Assembly (NCBI GenBank): GCA_040954595.2
Contig: CM082596.2
Span: 9,008,361-9,072,360 of the forward strand
Origin: Balanoglossus misakiensis
Lineage: Eukaryota > Animalia > Hemichordata
DNA length: 64,000 bases
Direction: 5' to 3'
Of the stretch, positions 38,979 through 50,984 are shown in pieces (within the stretch, counting starts at the first letter, position 1; every line of letters begins with the position of its first letter). Below the pieces are notes generated by a model, which saw only the letters and a list, made by a program, of their open reading frames with translations, was not told where the DNA came from and searched no databases. The position numbers were made by a program, and so were the translations under genes.

Positions 38979-39150
38979 GTTGGCTGGTACCCTGCCTCGG
39001 TGACAAACACCAAAGAGGCAGGTAAACACAAACAGCCATATTTAGAATTGTGGAATCTGATTGGCTAATAAACGAGCGCTCCCATTGGTCATAGCTATTA
39101 CTTCCGGGTCAGAAAAGATGGCGTACGTACGTGACCAGCTGGATCGATTA

Positions 39151-39577
39151 TAGTCTCGGTAACCCAGAGTCCTCTGCTTCTTCCGTAGGGCACTCCAGAA
39201 AGAGGGTCTGGGGAAACCCGGTAGACAAATCGCCGGCCCGACTCGGGACAGATGCGATGCATGAAGGGAGCTTAATACTCGATACGATATTATGATATGA
39301 CGATATTAGAAAACTATTTACCAAACTTCTCTCTCTCTTTTCAATTTGTAGACAGTTTTAGCAGGTCTAGCACTTCTCAGCATGTTTTCTTTATCGTATG
39401 TCATACATGTCGGCCGTGAGGTTCGCGCGCAGGACGTCGCCATTTTGGAATATTAATCTCCCGTCATGCATCGCAGCTGTCCCGAGTCGGCCCGGCGATT
39501 TGTCTACCGGGTTTCCCCAGACCCTCTTTCTGGAGTGCCCAACGGAAGAAGCAGGGGGGTCTGGGTAACCGAGACTA
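39151..39577. mobile_element. 427-bp TAG...CTA non-autonomous element, 9-bp TSD (AcademH-like)
   Basis: About 110-bp TIRs; flanks gatcgatta (39142-39150) / gaccgatta (39578-39586). Confidence 0.88.
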
Positions 39578-40323
39578 GACCGATTACGATTATCGTTGTG
39601 CACTAAAATAGCTTTAGCGCACATAAATTTAAATAACAATTGTTCAAGACCAACCATCACTGGATTGAAACCTAAGCAAGCGGATTGTCTAATAGAATTG
39701 TGTAGAGAGGGGGGGGGGGGGAGGGATACAATATGTATACTTCCTACAGGTTATGGAAAATCTTTAATTTTTGAACTTCTACGGATGTTATCTGACGCTC
39801 TGGAATCATCAAAAAAGTGCTCCGTGATTGTTGTCAGTCCACTGAACTCAATAATCAATGAACAGGCAGAGAGGTAAGTTGGCGCATCCCCTCGGCCCTC
39901 TCTAAAAAATAATGGTGTTGGCGTGTCCCATATTGAAATAAGTTGACCAGCTCCGGTTGCTAAGGATACGACGACAGCTCATAGTAACTGTTGTCTGGAC
40001 AGCCGTTTGGGTAGCTGGCCGAACATAGTTCTTTCTTGCTCAACCTTCTTGTTGTTTTACTACCCCGACCGCCTCGCAAGCTATCTAGATTTGTGTTGGG
40101 TCCGTTTTTAATGTGGATCGTCGACTCTCACATTGCCAAAATTAAAAGATATACGCCGCGAACACACAGTCCTGTGCGCAGGGCTGCAGTAACTCGAGTT
40201 TGCCTTGCCATGGTTTTTGTGTTGAACAACACACAATCCAGGCAAATTCGAGCTACTGAACGACAATAAGCTATATAAATAAACACTTTTGTCAGTGCCC
40301 CCCGATGCGAGCTCACCTTTTGC

Positions 40324-40567
40324 TAGCCCTGCGTACATGTGTGTGTGTTCGCGGCGTTATACGACCTCCGTGTCACACAGACCTAGTACTAGTCTTGCTC
40401 CAAGACTGTGTGATACTGAAAATGAAATGCGCGTCTGCGTTACGTATAGAATGTTCTGTGGACGCGACGCTAATCACACGGCGCGTCGTACGAAAGTTCC
40501 ATGAATTCCTTATCGACAGGCACAGCGACTGCCATAGAGTCTAACCTAGTACCTGTACGCAGGGCTA
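40324..40567. mobile_element. 244-bp TAG...CTA MITE in helicase intron 1
   Basis: TIR tagccctgcgtaca / tgtacgcagggcta; flanks accttttgc / accttgtgg (7/9). Confidence 0.7.
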
Positions 40568-43500
40568 ACCTTGTGGTGGCCGGTACCCTAGCTCCAGCTC
40601 CCTAGCTCTGTGTGCATTAAGGGACCGTTCAGTTTTTACAGCCTGGGGGGGGGGGGGGGTTCACTTATGCTTAAATTTTGAAACCCAAAAGGGGGGTCAT
40701 CTTTTTTTCAAAACGTTTAGGGGGGTCACATATGCCCTCCCCCCCAACTTCTACTTTTGAGTCCAGAAAACTGCAGTTTCAAGTCCTTTATTTAACAAAA
40801 TTTTCTAATGTGGGAGGGGGACACCCTAACCCCCTTCACTTCTTGTTTTACCAATTCTGCCCACTATTGTATTGACTTGTCATTTTAATATATTCATAGA
40901 TTTGTCAATTAATATTGTCAATTGTATTTGTCAATTAAACAAAAACAAATCATGATATGATTGTTGCCAAGCAGAAAATGAGTAAAGTTGGTGTGTCTCA
41001 TGTTGAGAAAAATTAGATGCAATTGACACAAAAAAACAAAAAATATGGAAACTATAGCTAGAACTTTGTTGATATATTTTTGATTTGACATTTTTTTTAT
41101 AAAAGTATTTTCCAATTTTCTTCCCATGTTACAGGTATGGCAAAGATGCTTTTATAGTTGGCCCTTGTGGTGCACCTACATCGGATTCATTCCATGATCA
41201 CGATTTCAAGTATATCTTGGGTCACCCAGAGCATATCCTCAATAAGGCTGTGCTTGATGTGTTTGGAAAGACCAAATGGCAGGAAAAAAAGATATTCATC
41301 GTGATCGATGAAGCACATTGTATTGTGAAGTGGGGTCCTGATTTCCGCAAGAGTTTCATGGACTTGCATCATTTAAAAGCAGTATTTCCAAAAGCAAGGT
41401 TGTTGGTGATGACAGCTACTGCCACAAGCGAATTGAGAGCAGAATTGCAGAAAGCCCTTCATTTGAAGAATCCAGCTCTGATAACTTCTTCTATAGATCG
41501 CCCCAACATTAAAATGGTTGTGAAAAAACGCCTTGCGTCCACAGGGAAGACCACAGTGGAGGCCAGTCATGACAGGATTTACTCCCCCTTGATTAGAGAA
41601 CTAAAAGAAAACAAGGATAAGTTTCCCAAAACTGTTGTGTATACGACGCTTAAGTGGTGCGGCCATGGTCACGAGATGGCACTCAGGCAGGAAACTGATG
41701 GCTCATCATCAAACTTGGGAGGTTTTGTAGGCCAGTTCCACAAACCATGCACATTTAAGGTAGGAGAATTTTGAAGTAATGGGCATTTGATAAATAGCTT
41801 TAGATTCTATCAACATAGATTAGTTTCTAAACGGAGCTCATATTATTTTCAAACACCAAATTTCAGCTTCTGCCCCATTTTAATTTTCTTTTCATAAGGG
41901 ATGTGAATTTTTATTAGGAAAAATATATTAGTAATCCAATGATATATAGTTACCCTGTATGTCGGACATAGATAATTATTGATGACATGGCATACATTAT
42001 GCGCTTCCATGTTTACCCTAATAAGTGATCATTGCAATTGTTGTTGTTGTTTTTGACAGATAAAGACTGATACCGTGAAAGCCATGCAAGGTGGATCAGT
42101 CAGACTTTTGTTTGCATCAGAAGCATACTCAATGGGTACGGATGTGGCAGACATCAGGCGGATTGTTCATGCTGGACAACCTCATTGTTTAGAGAGTAGG
42201 GGTTTTCACATTACGTTGAACTTGTTGTTTGTTGATTTGCATGGGGGGGGGGGTAAAGTTTTAGCATTCAAGTGTTATCATGGATACATATTTTGATTCC
42301 AATTATTTATCTCACCACAATTATTGTTGCTCCCTGATGCAACAGGAAATTGCTTAATTGAAAATATTATGCCATAGTTTTCCTATGCTGGAAAAATCTG
42401 AACAGTTCTTTAAAAAAATAAAGCTCCTCTTTTGGCACATTTTGTGAAAATGTCAAGAATATTACAATATTATAACAGTTTTCTCAAAATTCTACATTTA
42501 CATCCATGTAATGTGATAGCCATGTATTGCATCTGGGTAATCCACTACCTTAAAACCTGATCATTGCGCACCATTTATGAAGTTGCCACACTATTTTATT
42601 CCTGGCAGTGGCTTTATTGCTGTCTCTGAAATTATGCGACAATATGAGATGGTCCCTAAGTTTGCTAGGTTTGAATGTACCTTTTTTCTTCTTCTGGTAG
42701 CATACCTACAGGAAATTGGACGTGCAGGACGAGATGGTGAGCAGGCTGTAGCTACTCTGTTTTACAATGCCTCTGACATCAGCCCAGCTGTGTCAAGCAT
42801 GAGTGAGGAAATGAGGAGGTTCTGTACTACTGATAAATGCAGGCGAAAGTTCATATGCGAACAATTTAACTGTGAAGCAGATGAATCACCTGTACTACAC
42901 ATGTGTTGTGATATCTGTGCAGCAAAGTGCAAGTGTGATGTGTGTGATTATTCTAAAACACCGAAAGTTGCTGAAACAGATGTAAATTCCATAGAAAATC
43001 TTTTGTTATGTTACTTTAAGCATGAAAATCTCATATCAGACATACCAACAGGACTAACTGCAAATTTGGCTCATGAGATTGCCGTCAAAAGTCAGTTTTA
43101 TGCCTGCACCAGCTCAATTTGCTCAGCTTTTCAGGTGCCCGTCCGCTATGCTGAAAACATTTTTAAAATTTTGGAAAGCTTTAAGAGTTAAAATCAAACT
43201 GTTAAAATACATGTAACCCGGTATGTTTTCAAATAAAATTATTACATGTGTACTTGTACAATGCTGTAATGTCTTGACTGTTCCGTTATACAAATGAGAA
43301 CTCCATAGGTCCACATGACTTTTGGCATGTATTTGCATACTTGAAGGTTCCAGCGTGGCTTCCATTCCAGCCATCAGTTACTGGTCAATAGAGCATTTTT
43401 GATTACCAATATTTCCCGTCCCCATTTCCATGGTATATCCTACAAATTCAAAGAAATTTTTGATTGGTAGAGCTTCCTGCTCACGACAGGGTGACACAAC

Positions 43501-43730
43501 TCATGGGACGACTGTAGTGTAATTGAATTGTTTTATTCAACGGGCTTAATTATAATCAAGTACATGTATGCCCCTGCTTAACACAACCAGAAATACAAGA
43601 GGGCGCTAGACCGCCAACAGTCCCTTTTAAATAGATAAGAATAACAGCTATATTTAGTGCCAAAATGATAATTAACTCAGTGAAACTAAACATTTAAAAA
43701 AAATTAATGCATCAATATTATTCTGTACAA

Positions 43731-43876
43731 ATAATATGAGGTTATTACGAAAGAACCGCAAAGTATGCACGAGGACATTAGCGCTCAGTATCGCCCGACG
43801 CCCGACGGAGGGCGATGCGCTGTGCTAATGTCCTCGTGCATACTTTGCGGCATTTTCGTAATAACCTTATTATTAT
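43731..43876. repeat. About 146-bp hairpin with AT-rich base (Crypton-like terminal palindrome?)
   Basis: aggttattacgaaa...ccgcaaagtatgcacgaggacattagc / gctaatgtcctcgtgcatactttgcgg...ttcgtaataacct. Confidence 0.6.
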
Positions 43877-44123
43877 ACATCTTACATCTCCGATAGTTCT
43901 TGTGTTGCATGTTACTTGGCTTTCAAAACGCCCAAAATGCCGATACAATCGATCGAAAACCGCTCAGTTGACTCAGTGAGCAGCCATCTTTCTTTTTTGT
44001 TTACGTGCGTTAGAGTGGGGGTGTCTTGAAACCGTCCGCATAACAACGCATACCTTTACACGGCGCGTCGTACGAAAGTTCCATTCCTTATCGACAGGCA
44101 CAGCGACTGCCATAGAGTCTAGG

Positions 44124-47100
44124 ATGTCGTCTTCGGCAAAGAAGAGGCGGATAAAACTGAACAACGCTATAAATAATCGTAAGAAAATCTATATTGGCAG
44201 CCAGGCTGAATGGTGGAACGATCTCCACGATGAAACTGGGCTTTCTAACTGCGATTTGGCAGCAATGTTGATTGATTGGTAAGTCGCTAATAATTGCTAT
44301 GCACATTTGACCTCGCCAGAATTCAGATTTTTTGCAAGAAATAAATGACGTGTTTTCATCTTTTTTGACCCCGAAGTCTCTAAGAATATAAACTTTAGGT
44401 GATTTGTACCCGCGATAATCAACGTTCTGACTTCTGTAATTTTGTTGCTTCACTCGCACACTTAGCTGCACTTGTTAGTAAGAGCAACAAGCAGCGAAAA
44501 TCACGTGCGACGATCGGCTAGATTCTTTTGGATTACATATACGTACCACACAGTAATGCGGTCTTGTACTTCATGATGATAATTGTATGTACGCGTAAAA
44601 ATGAATAATACATGTAGACTATTTTCACGTGGCAAGGGAAAGAATTGACCAGTGATACCTAATCATGGTAAATAAAGAATTGTTAAATTTTTTTTTATCA
44701 CATACATAGCTCCGCATATACCATAGTATGACGTCAGACGTAGGTAAATTTGCACCAAGCGTTATTGTAATACCCATCCCTCTGACGTCACCAAACGGAA
44801 CTATTTTAAACTTGTAAACAAAGTCCTCTTAGGGCGACAAAATTCAGTGCAATCTTTGGTTTTATTTCGATATTAAAAAATAAGCAAAGATAAATAAAAT
44901 GTTTCGTATGTGTAAATATGGACGATCGACGATTAGATTTACCTGTGTACATTTTTATCGCACCAACCTGCACCAAAACTGTCGCGAGGTCGTCAGTGCT
45001 GAGCCAATGTCGTCGTGTTGTCGAACGAGCGACAGGTACAAAACTGAGTATTCGCAAAAATTTTGATGCGACGATTAGAGCAAAACGGTCTAGTCATAAA
45101 GCAAAAGGCATAAGAAAGGTTTCCTGCTCCAGTGAAACCTTGACGGACGATGAAATCCAGCTGACGCACGACAGACGGGTCATCGCCAAAACCAGAATCG
45201 TCCAGGTCGTGACCTGGGTCACCTGACAGATAGACGGCATAACATCGATCTTCAATTTTGCACAAAATAGTTCCAAATTTTATCGCAACCACAAAGTGAT
45301 TTATTTGAAAATCAACATTAGCGCATCTATGTATGTGATAAACATATAATTCCCCCGTATTCCTCACTCGTGTACCGGCGGCTCGGAGGGATACGGCCGC
45401 TATACGGGGAATCACTCGTCCGCGACGCAGGCACACTCGTTCGAAATACGGGGGAATTATATATAATAATTTCCCCATTATTTCATTTATTGGTGTATTT
45501 TTAAATATGTGGTTTTGTTTCCAATGATTTGTAGTTACTACAAAAACAGACAGAAAGTAACACCAGTACCAATGGTAGATGCTCCAACCACAGTTACTGT
45601 GAGTGAGGGAGTGCAGATGTGCTGCCGATCTTCTGATGATCACACTCTTAGGTAAGACCAAACTTTTACTATTATCTGCCAACTAATGAAGTCAATGTGT
45701 GGCTCAGTATTACCAGTGATGGTTCAAAAAGTCGAATTTTTATCTGATGATTGTATTATTGATGTTCACAAATTGCAGTGGTGAAAAGCAGCCCAAAACC
45801 TCAACGCCAGCTATTTACCAACATGATAAAATGCCAGAAATGTCAGAGGTCTCTTCAATTTTATCTGATTAAGGGTAAGTAGAATTTTTTTTAATTAGTA
45901 ATAATTATTATGGTGGTGGTTGTGGTGGTGGTATGTTAGGATTTTCACACATTGAGACTTATTGCATGTCATTTTTATTCCTATGTCAGAGATGTTTTGA
46001 TGTCAGGAATTGAAGATTTACCTGCTTCACAGAAATCAACAGCAACAGACGACATAGCAAGGTATAGCGATGAAATATTTTTTGTTTATAAACAGAATTC
46101 TTGCAAGTCCAGTGTATTACACTCGTGCTTTAGTCAATCATTTGTTTTTACATAATGGTTTGTAATATTGAAAGTGTAATGTAATACATATCCTTCATTT
46201 ACTCCTTTTAGTGGCAGACCAGCAAGACATAGAAAGGCGGTGCTATCAGGATCATTTGTCAATCCATTTGAGTAGGTTCTGTTACTATAACTTGCTTTGA
46301 GTGAGAATACTTTTGGGAAGAATATTTTGAGTGATAGCATTTCATTTTCCTTAGGTGCATGTATATTTCAGAGTTTACAAAACTTGTAAATTTTTCAAAA
46401 TAATTATAATAGACTGTGATAATGTGTATTTGAATAACCTTATGAATTTTCTAAGTAGAAAAGCTAACTATATTTTATGCATATTCCAATGTTATTATTT
46501 TCAGTGACTGACATTATTTTGCTTTTAACTAGGTCAATACATTTTCTTTGTGTTCTACAGGTTGAGCATGGATGTCATTGGCAGCTGCGATGATGACAGA
46601 GGTGATGAGCTAACAGACTATGATGATCCTCCTTATCAGCCAGATTTAAATCTTACACTTCAGTAAAATACATTTGTAGGAACTAATTTTGACTGGAGAT
46701 GTAATCTTACACTTCAGTCAGTCAAGAAATTACACACTTTGTATAGTTCAAATTGTTATTGACCATCCATTCATACAGTTGATTATTGATTAAATGATTG
46801 ATTTTTACAATCATGGTAATTTTGTAGCATTGCTAATCGTTTTAAAATCTTTGATTTTTGCAGTATTATGTCAATAATTCGCTGTCTCATGGATTAATTG
46901 CTAAACCTAATACATTTGATAGACCCCATGGATTAGAATTAGAAGACTTGCCATTGGAAGAGTCTGAGATCGAAGATGGTGGAAGTGACGATGATTGTGA
47001 TGATGAACAAGAAGAATCAGTGGGGCATGGTTTATTGAGGCTAAAGAATGTCACAGATGTGAACAGTCTTCTTGATGATAACTTCTGCTTGGTTAGCCTA

Positions 47101-50100
47101 CAACAGTTACTGGTGCTAGCTCAAACGTCTATCAAATCTGTGTGCAGTGCCAGCAAATGCAATAGAGCATTAACCATGTCATCCAAAGCTGTGGGATCTG
47201 CCTTGTATTTGAACTGGGTATGTATGAGGTTGTTAAAGTAGTTTCAGTATGAAATAGGTGTGTAGGGAAATGTGGCAATAGCAACTTTCGATAACATGTT
47301 TTTGGTGAACAGATCCCAGGTGCTGTAGGATGCTGATGATGTCTTTGGCATCTTTATGAACAGTGGACATTTATATCTGGCTGGAAATGCAGTTTGTTCT
47401 GTTCAATATATTACCAACACTTTTACCGTGGGTGATGATGACTCGTATGTAGAATAATGCATAAAAATGAGTTAATTTCTTCATTCTGTGAAATCTTTAA
47501 CACTATCATTGTGTAGAGTATCATAAACCACCAAGTCATGAATTTACCTTTTCTTTTTTATTTAAGATATGTTCTGCTGGCCATATAGAGTAAAGGTGGT
47601 GCTCACAGCCAATTATGATTAACAGGTTGCATAGCGGCGATCTCTTGACATCAGCAGCAATATTGATGTCTGGCAATAATTATAAGAAGATTTAATTGTT
47701 TGCTCGCATGCTGAATCTAAAGATGGTCAGCTGTAACACGTTTCATAACATCCAAAGGCACTATCTTGTACCCAGTATTGACCAGTTTTGGAATATCCAT
47801 CAACAAGAGCTACTTGGGGAATATAAGGATGTTGACATCGTTATCCTAAGTAAATTAACTTAAGCTCCCACTTGTGAATACCCAAAAATAAATATATGTT
47901 TGTAGCAGAAACATGGTGTCTTTGGGCTGGCTTTTGTATACTAGAAGTGACACATTTTAGGCTCAACTGTGGGTAGCCACATATGTTAGCTGATTATAAA
48001 CCAGAGACATTCCTTTTCGTACATTTTTTGTGTGAAAGTATTTGTATTTCAAGTGAGAATGTAAGCAAGTATGGAGAGGATAGATTATTGATAATATAAT
48101 TCCTTACTCTCACTACCACCGGTGATGGAAGAATGGATTCGCCGGGATTCTGTGCTCAGTACTGCACGTACACAGTTATGGACAATGAGTCCAAAAACAT
48201 TCTGGATATAGTCACCATGGACAAAAGGCAAACTGGGGGAAAATCCACCGTCTTGGAAAAAGCTCCATTTAAGCAAGTTTTGGATCACCTGTTGGATGAG
48301 GGGCTGGAGATAAAAGAAGTAGTCACAGATGATCATATGCAAATTGGGGCTTTGATGAGTAAGTTAATGCAACATGTATTATTTGGTGTTGTTTCACATT
48401 CGGATCACTTTCCATTTGACAGGGAACAATAAATTCAAAACATTTTTATGTCTTTAGCTCACTAAGGTATTTCTACGAAATAAGAAGTTGATGCACAATG
48501 ACGCAGGTTGTGTTAACATCAAAATCTTCAAACACAGTGCGCAGATCAGTAATTGTGTTTATTTAAATATTGGTATCAATTCTGCCTTTTTTAAAGAAAA
48601 ATCATACCCCCAAATCAAACATTCCCTGGATGTCTGGCATGCCGCCAAAAATCTTAGTAAAAAGATAATCAAGGTGAGTTGTTATACATGTATTAGTCCC
48701 AATCCACCTGACTGTACTTCTATGCAACATCTTTTATACTCCAATTGATTCTCCATTTGTGTGTTACTGTATTTCACATCTTTTTAAATGACTTTCAGGC
48801 TGGTCAGGAAAAGGGATGTAAACACTTGCTGAAGTGGACAAGACATATCGTTTATCATTTTTGGTATTCGTGTCAACAGGCCACAACAAGCGATGAGTTT
48901 AAGGTAAGTTAAAGGGACAAGGGTGAAAGAATTGTTTTTAAACCCTGTTAAATTTCCCAGTACTACCTTGCTACAGGCTTTTATTCCTTTCCATATACAC
49001 AGGGAATTTGGTGTGGTGTCATACACCATATTGTCAATGAACACTCATGGATGTTGGCATATGGTCAGGGCGTCAGTGAATGCAATCATGGACCACTGAC
49101 AGAAACTGAGGACAGTGATAAGGAGTGGCTGGTCAAGGGGAGTGCAGCTCACAAGACACTTGTAAACATAGTACTGAACAAGCGATTATTGACAAGGGTG
49201 GAATACTACATCAATTTCAGGTACATTGTAAGCTTCAAGCGTTGATACTGTGGTGCTAGTATCCATGGTTTTATCAAACCAAAATGTACATGCACATGTG
49301 AATCATCAAACTTCACTTGTACATGACATGTTCCCGAATGACATAACATGATTTTAAATTGATTGACTGTTCTTGTTTGTCAAAATATAATTCATTCCAC
49401 AATGTTCAGGAGAATACAGTATGCATTTTGCTACATTTATTGTCTTTTGTCAGAAAACAACACTGTTTCAACATTTTTCACAAATTAGAGGGTTTACATT
49501 ATTCATTTGTATTACTTCTGGGCTACAGCCAAAGTAAAGTACAGTAGTTAATGGTAAATTTTATGTCTATTTCCAGGAGTACAGCGGAACTTGAAACATT
49601 TTAGCAGCATGTGCTGATGTACGCTGGCAAAAGATTTGCATACTCGCCACCTGTTTACAAGGCACGGAATCTGCTGGCTGCACTAGACCACAACGTTCAT
49701 AACGGTAGAGCTCTTAGACGAAATAAACGCGATGAAATTATGTAAGTGGATTTTTGTCCTATTGCATTTATTTTAAGATCTTATCATAGGTGGATAAGAT
49801 ATAAACAATTCACAATACGAGAGGTTTCTTCAAGAGAAGCAGAGACATTTCAACAATATAATGCATAGCAGATAGAGAAATTCTGTCATCATTTTGCCTT
49901 TCATCAAGTTGTTTATCCGTCTGTCTGTCCCTCCATGAACATTTTGAGAAATAATATTCTCTGAGCATATGTGATTGGTTTTTCAATCTGTCTGGAAATA
50001 AGTGATGTACATGTAATATATAATTAGTCTGCGTAACACTTATTACATATTTATTCACAGCCCATTTAACCATTGTAATATGCCATTTTTTATACAGCTA

Positions 50101-50340
50101 CCACAGGCATTTCAACAAGAAGAGCCAACGATGGAGTGTTTACCCTGAAAAAGTAGAAAAAACATTCCCTCACATCAGGGACCTGAAGAGGCTTGTCGTC
50201 GAAAACCGTCTAATTGACAATCGTGGTATGCAGACGAAAATGGTCATGGAAGAAAATGACCCAAGAAGGCTTTCTTATCACCTTGCGTCAATTCCACCTC
50301 CACCCACTGCCACAATCACACAGGACAGTATTTGTAGGAG
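44124..50340 (+). pseudogene. Multi-exon Kolobok-type DDE transposase pseudogene
   Basis: Exon 1 MSSSAKKRR...KIYIGSQAEWWNDL...LAAMLID; core GDGRMDSPGFCAQYCTYT (48121), VVTDDH, LDVWHAAKNLSKK, HFWYSC, HHIVNEHSW...CNHGPL, STAELETF..HVLMYAGKR...AALDHN. In-frame stops near 47591, 47694, 49601 and a dead splice acceptor at 48121. Confidence 0.8.
45344..45462. repeat. Hairpin in transposase intron 1
   Basis: atataattcccccgtatt ... aatacgggggaattatat. Confidence 0.6.
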
Positions 50341-50984
50341 ACAGTGAATTGGTGGGTGGGGGGGGGGGGTAGTTTTTGCATGATTGATGTGTGTTTATGT
50401 ATGCATATCCATCCACTTTATTGAAAGTATAGTCATTTCTTTTAATTGTGGATTTTTTGTTTCTCATTTGTATGTATAATGAAAATCCATGATCAAATTT
50501 AAAGGGACTGCACTTGCTTTTGAAATACAAGGCCACAAATTTAGTCGATAGTTGAAGAAAACTGCTGAGTCAGCATTTTTTACCAATGGTTTGTCTGTGG
50601 GCAAAATATTTAGTGAAGTTTATCTCAAAATAGAGTGTGGTGGCCATATGATTTTATTTGATTAATGTATTTCAGATTGCCTGTTGGGTATTATCTGACC
50701 TTTCTTTAACCCTCTTGCTGTTTTCTGTAGGAGATGGGAATTTCGCAGAGGAAAATTTTTATCTGGTATATCAGCATTGTCTGACTTTTTTTTCATAGTA
50801 AATGTGTCAGTTAAGTGTTCTAATGCTACAGTATCATTAACCATGGATATTGTTGTTTATGCAGTAATGAATACAATAACAAATCTGAAGTTTTGCTTTC
50901 AACATTTTGTATTGCTAAAGTAAGTAAAGTAAAACATGTAATATTAGTAAAACTTTAAATAAATTTTAAAAATAAAGCATTTTT

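Larger units (their letters stand above)
39118..43191 (+). pseudogene. RecQ-like SF2 helicase of an AcademH-type transposon, 4 exons, disrupted only by a MITE in exon 1
   Basis: Exons 39118-39150+39587-39873, 41135-41759, 42060-42195, 42701-43191 in phase; LPTGYGKS, DEAH, MTATA, QEIGRAGRDG, CRR...CCDIC zinc site; no winged-helix or HRDC domain; convergent Academ-type transposase downstream. Confidence 0.85.

Noticed and set aside
39118-43191. Host RecQ-family gene (BLM/WRN/RECQL)
   Set aside because: Minimal helicase + zinc site only, divergent motifs, few introns, embedded in transposons with a convergent Academ-like transposase.
43240-43440. Possible extra minus-strand terminal exon (e.g. 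PHD gene) after the helicase
   Set aside because: A plausible acceptor exists at about 43440, but all three frames hit early stops and no motif is recognisable.
44993-45682. 229-aa minus-strand ORF
   Set aside because: Non-ATG start, no recognisable motif, antisense to a transposase exon and crosses a hairpin repeat.
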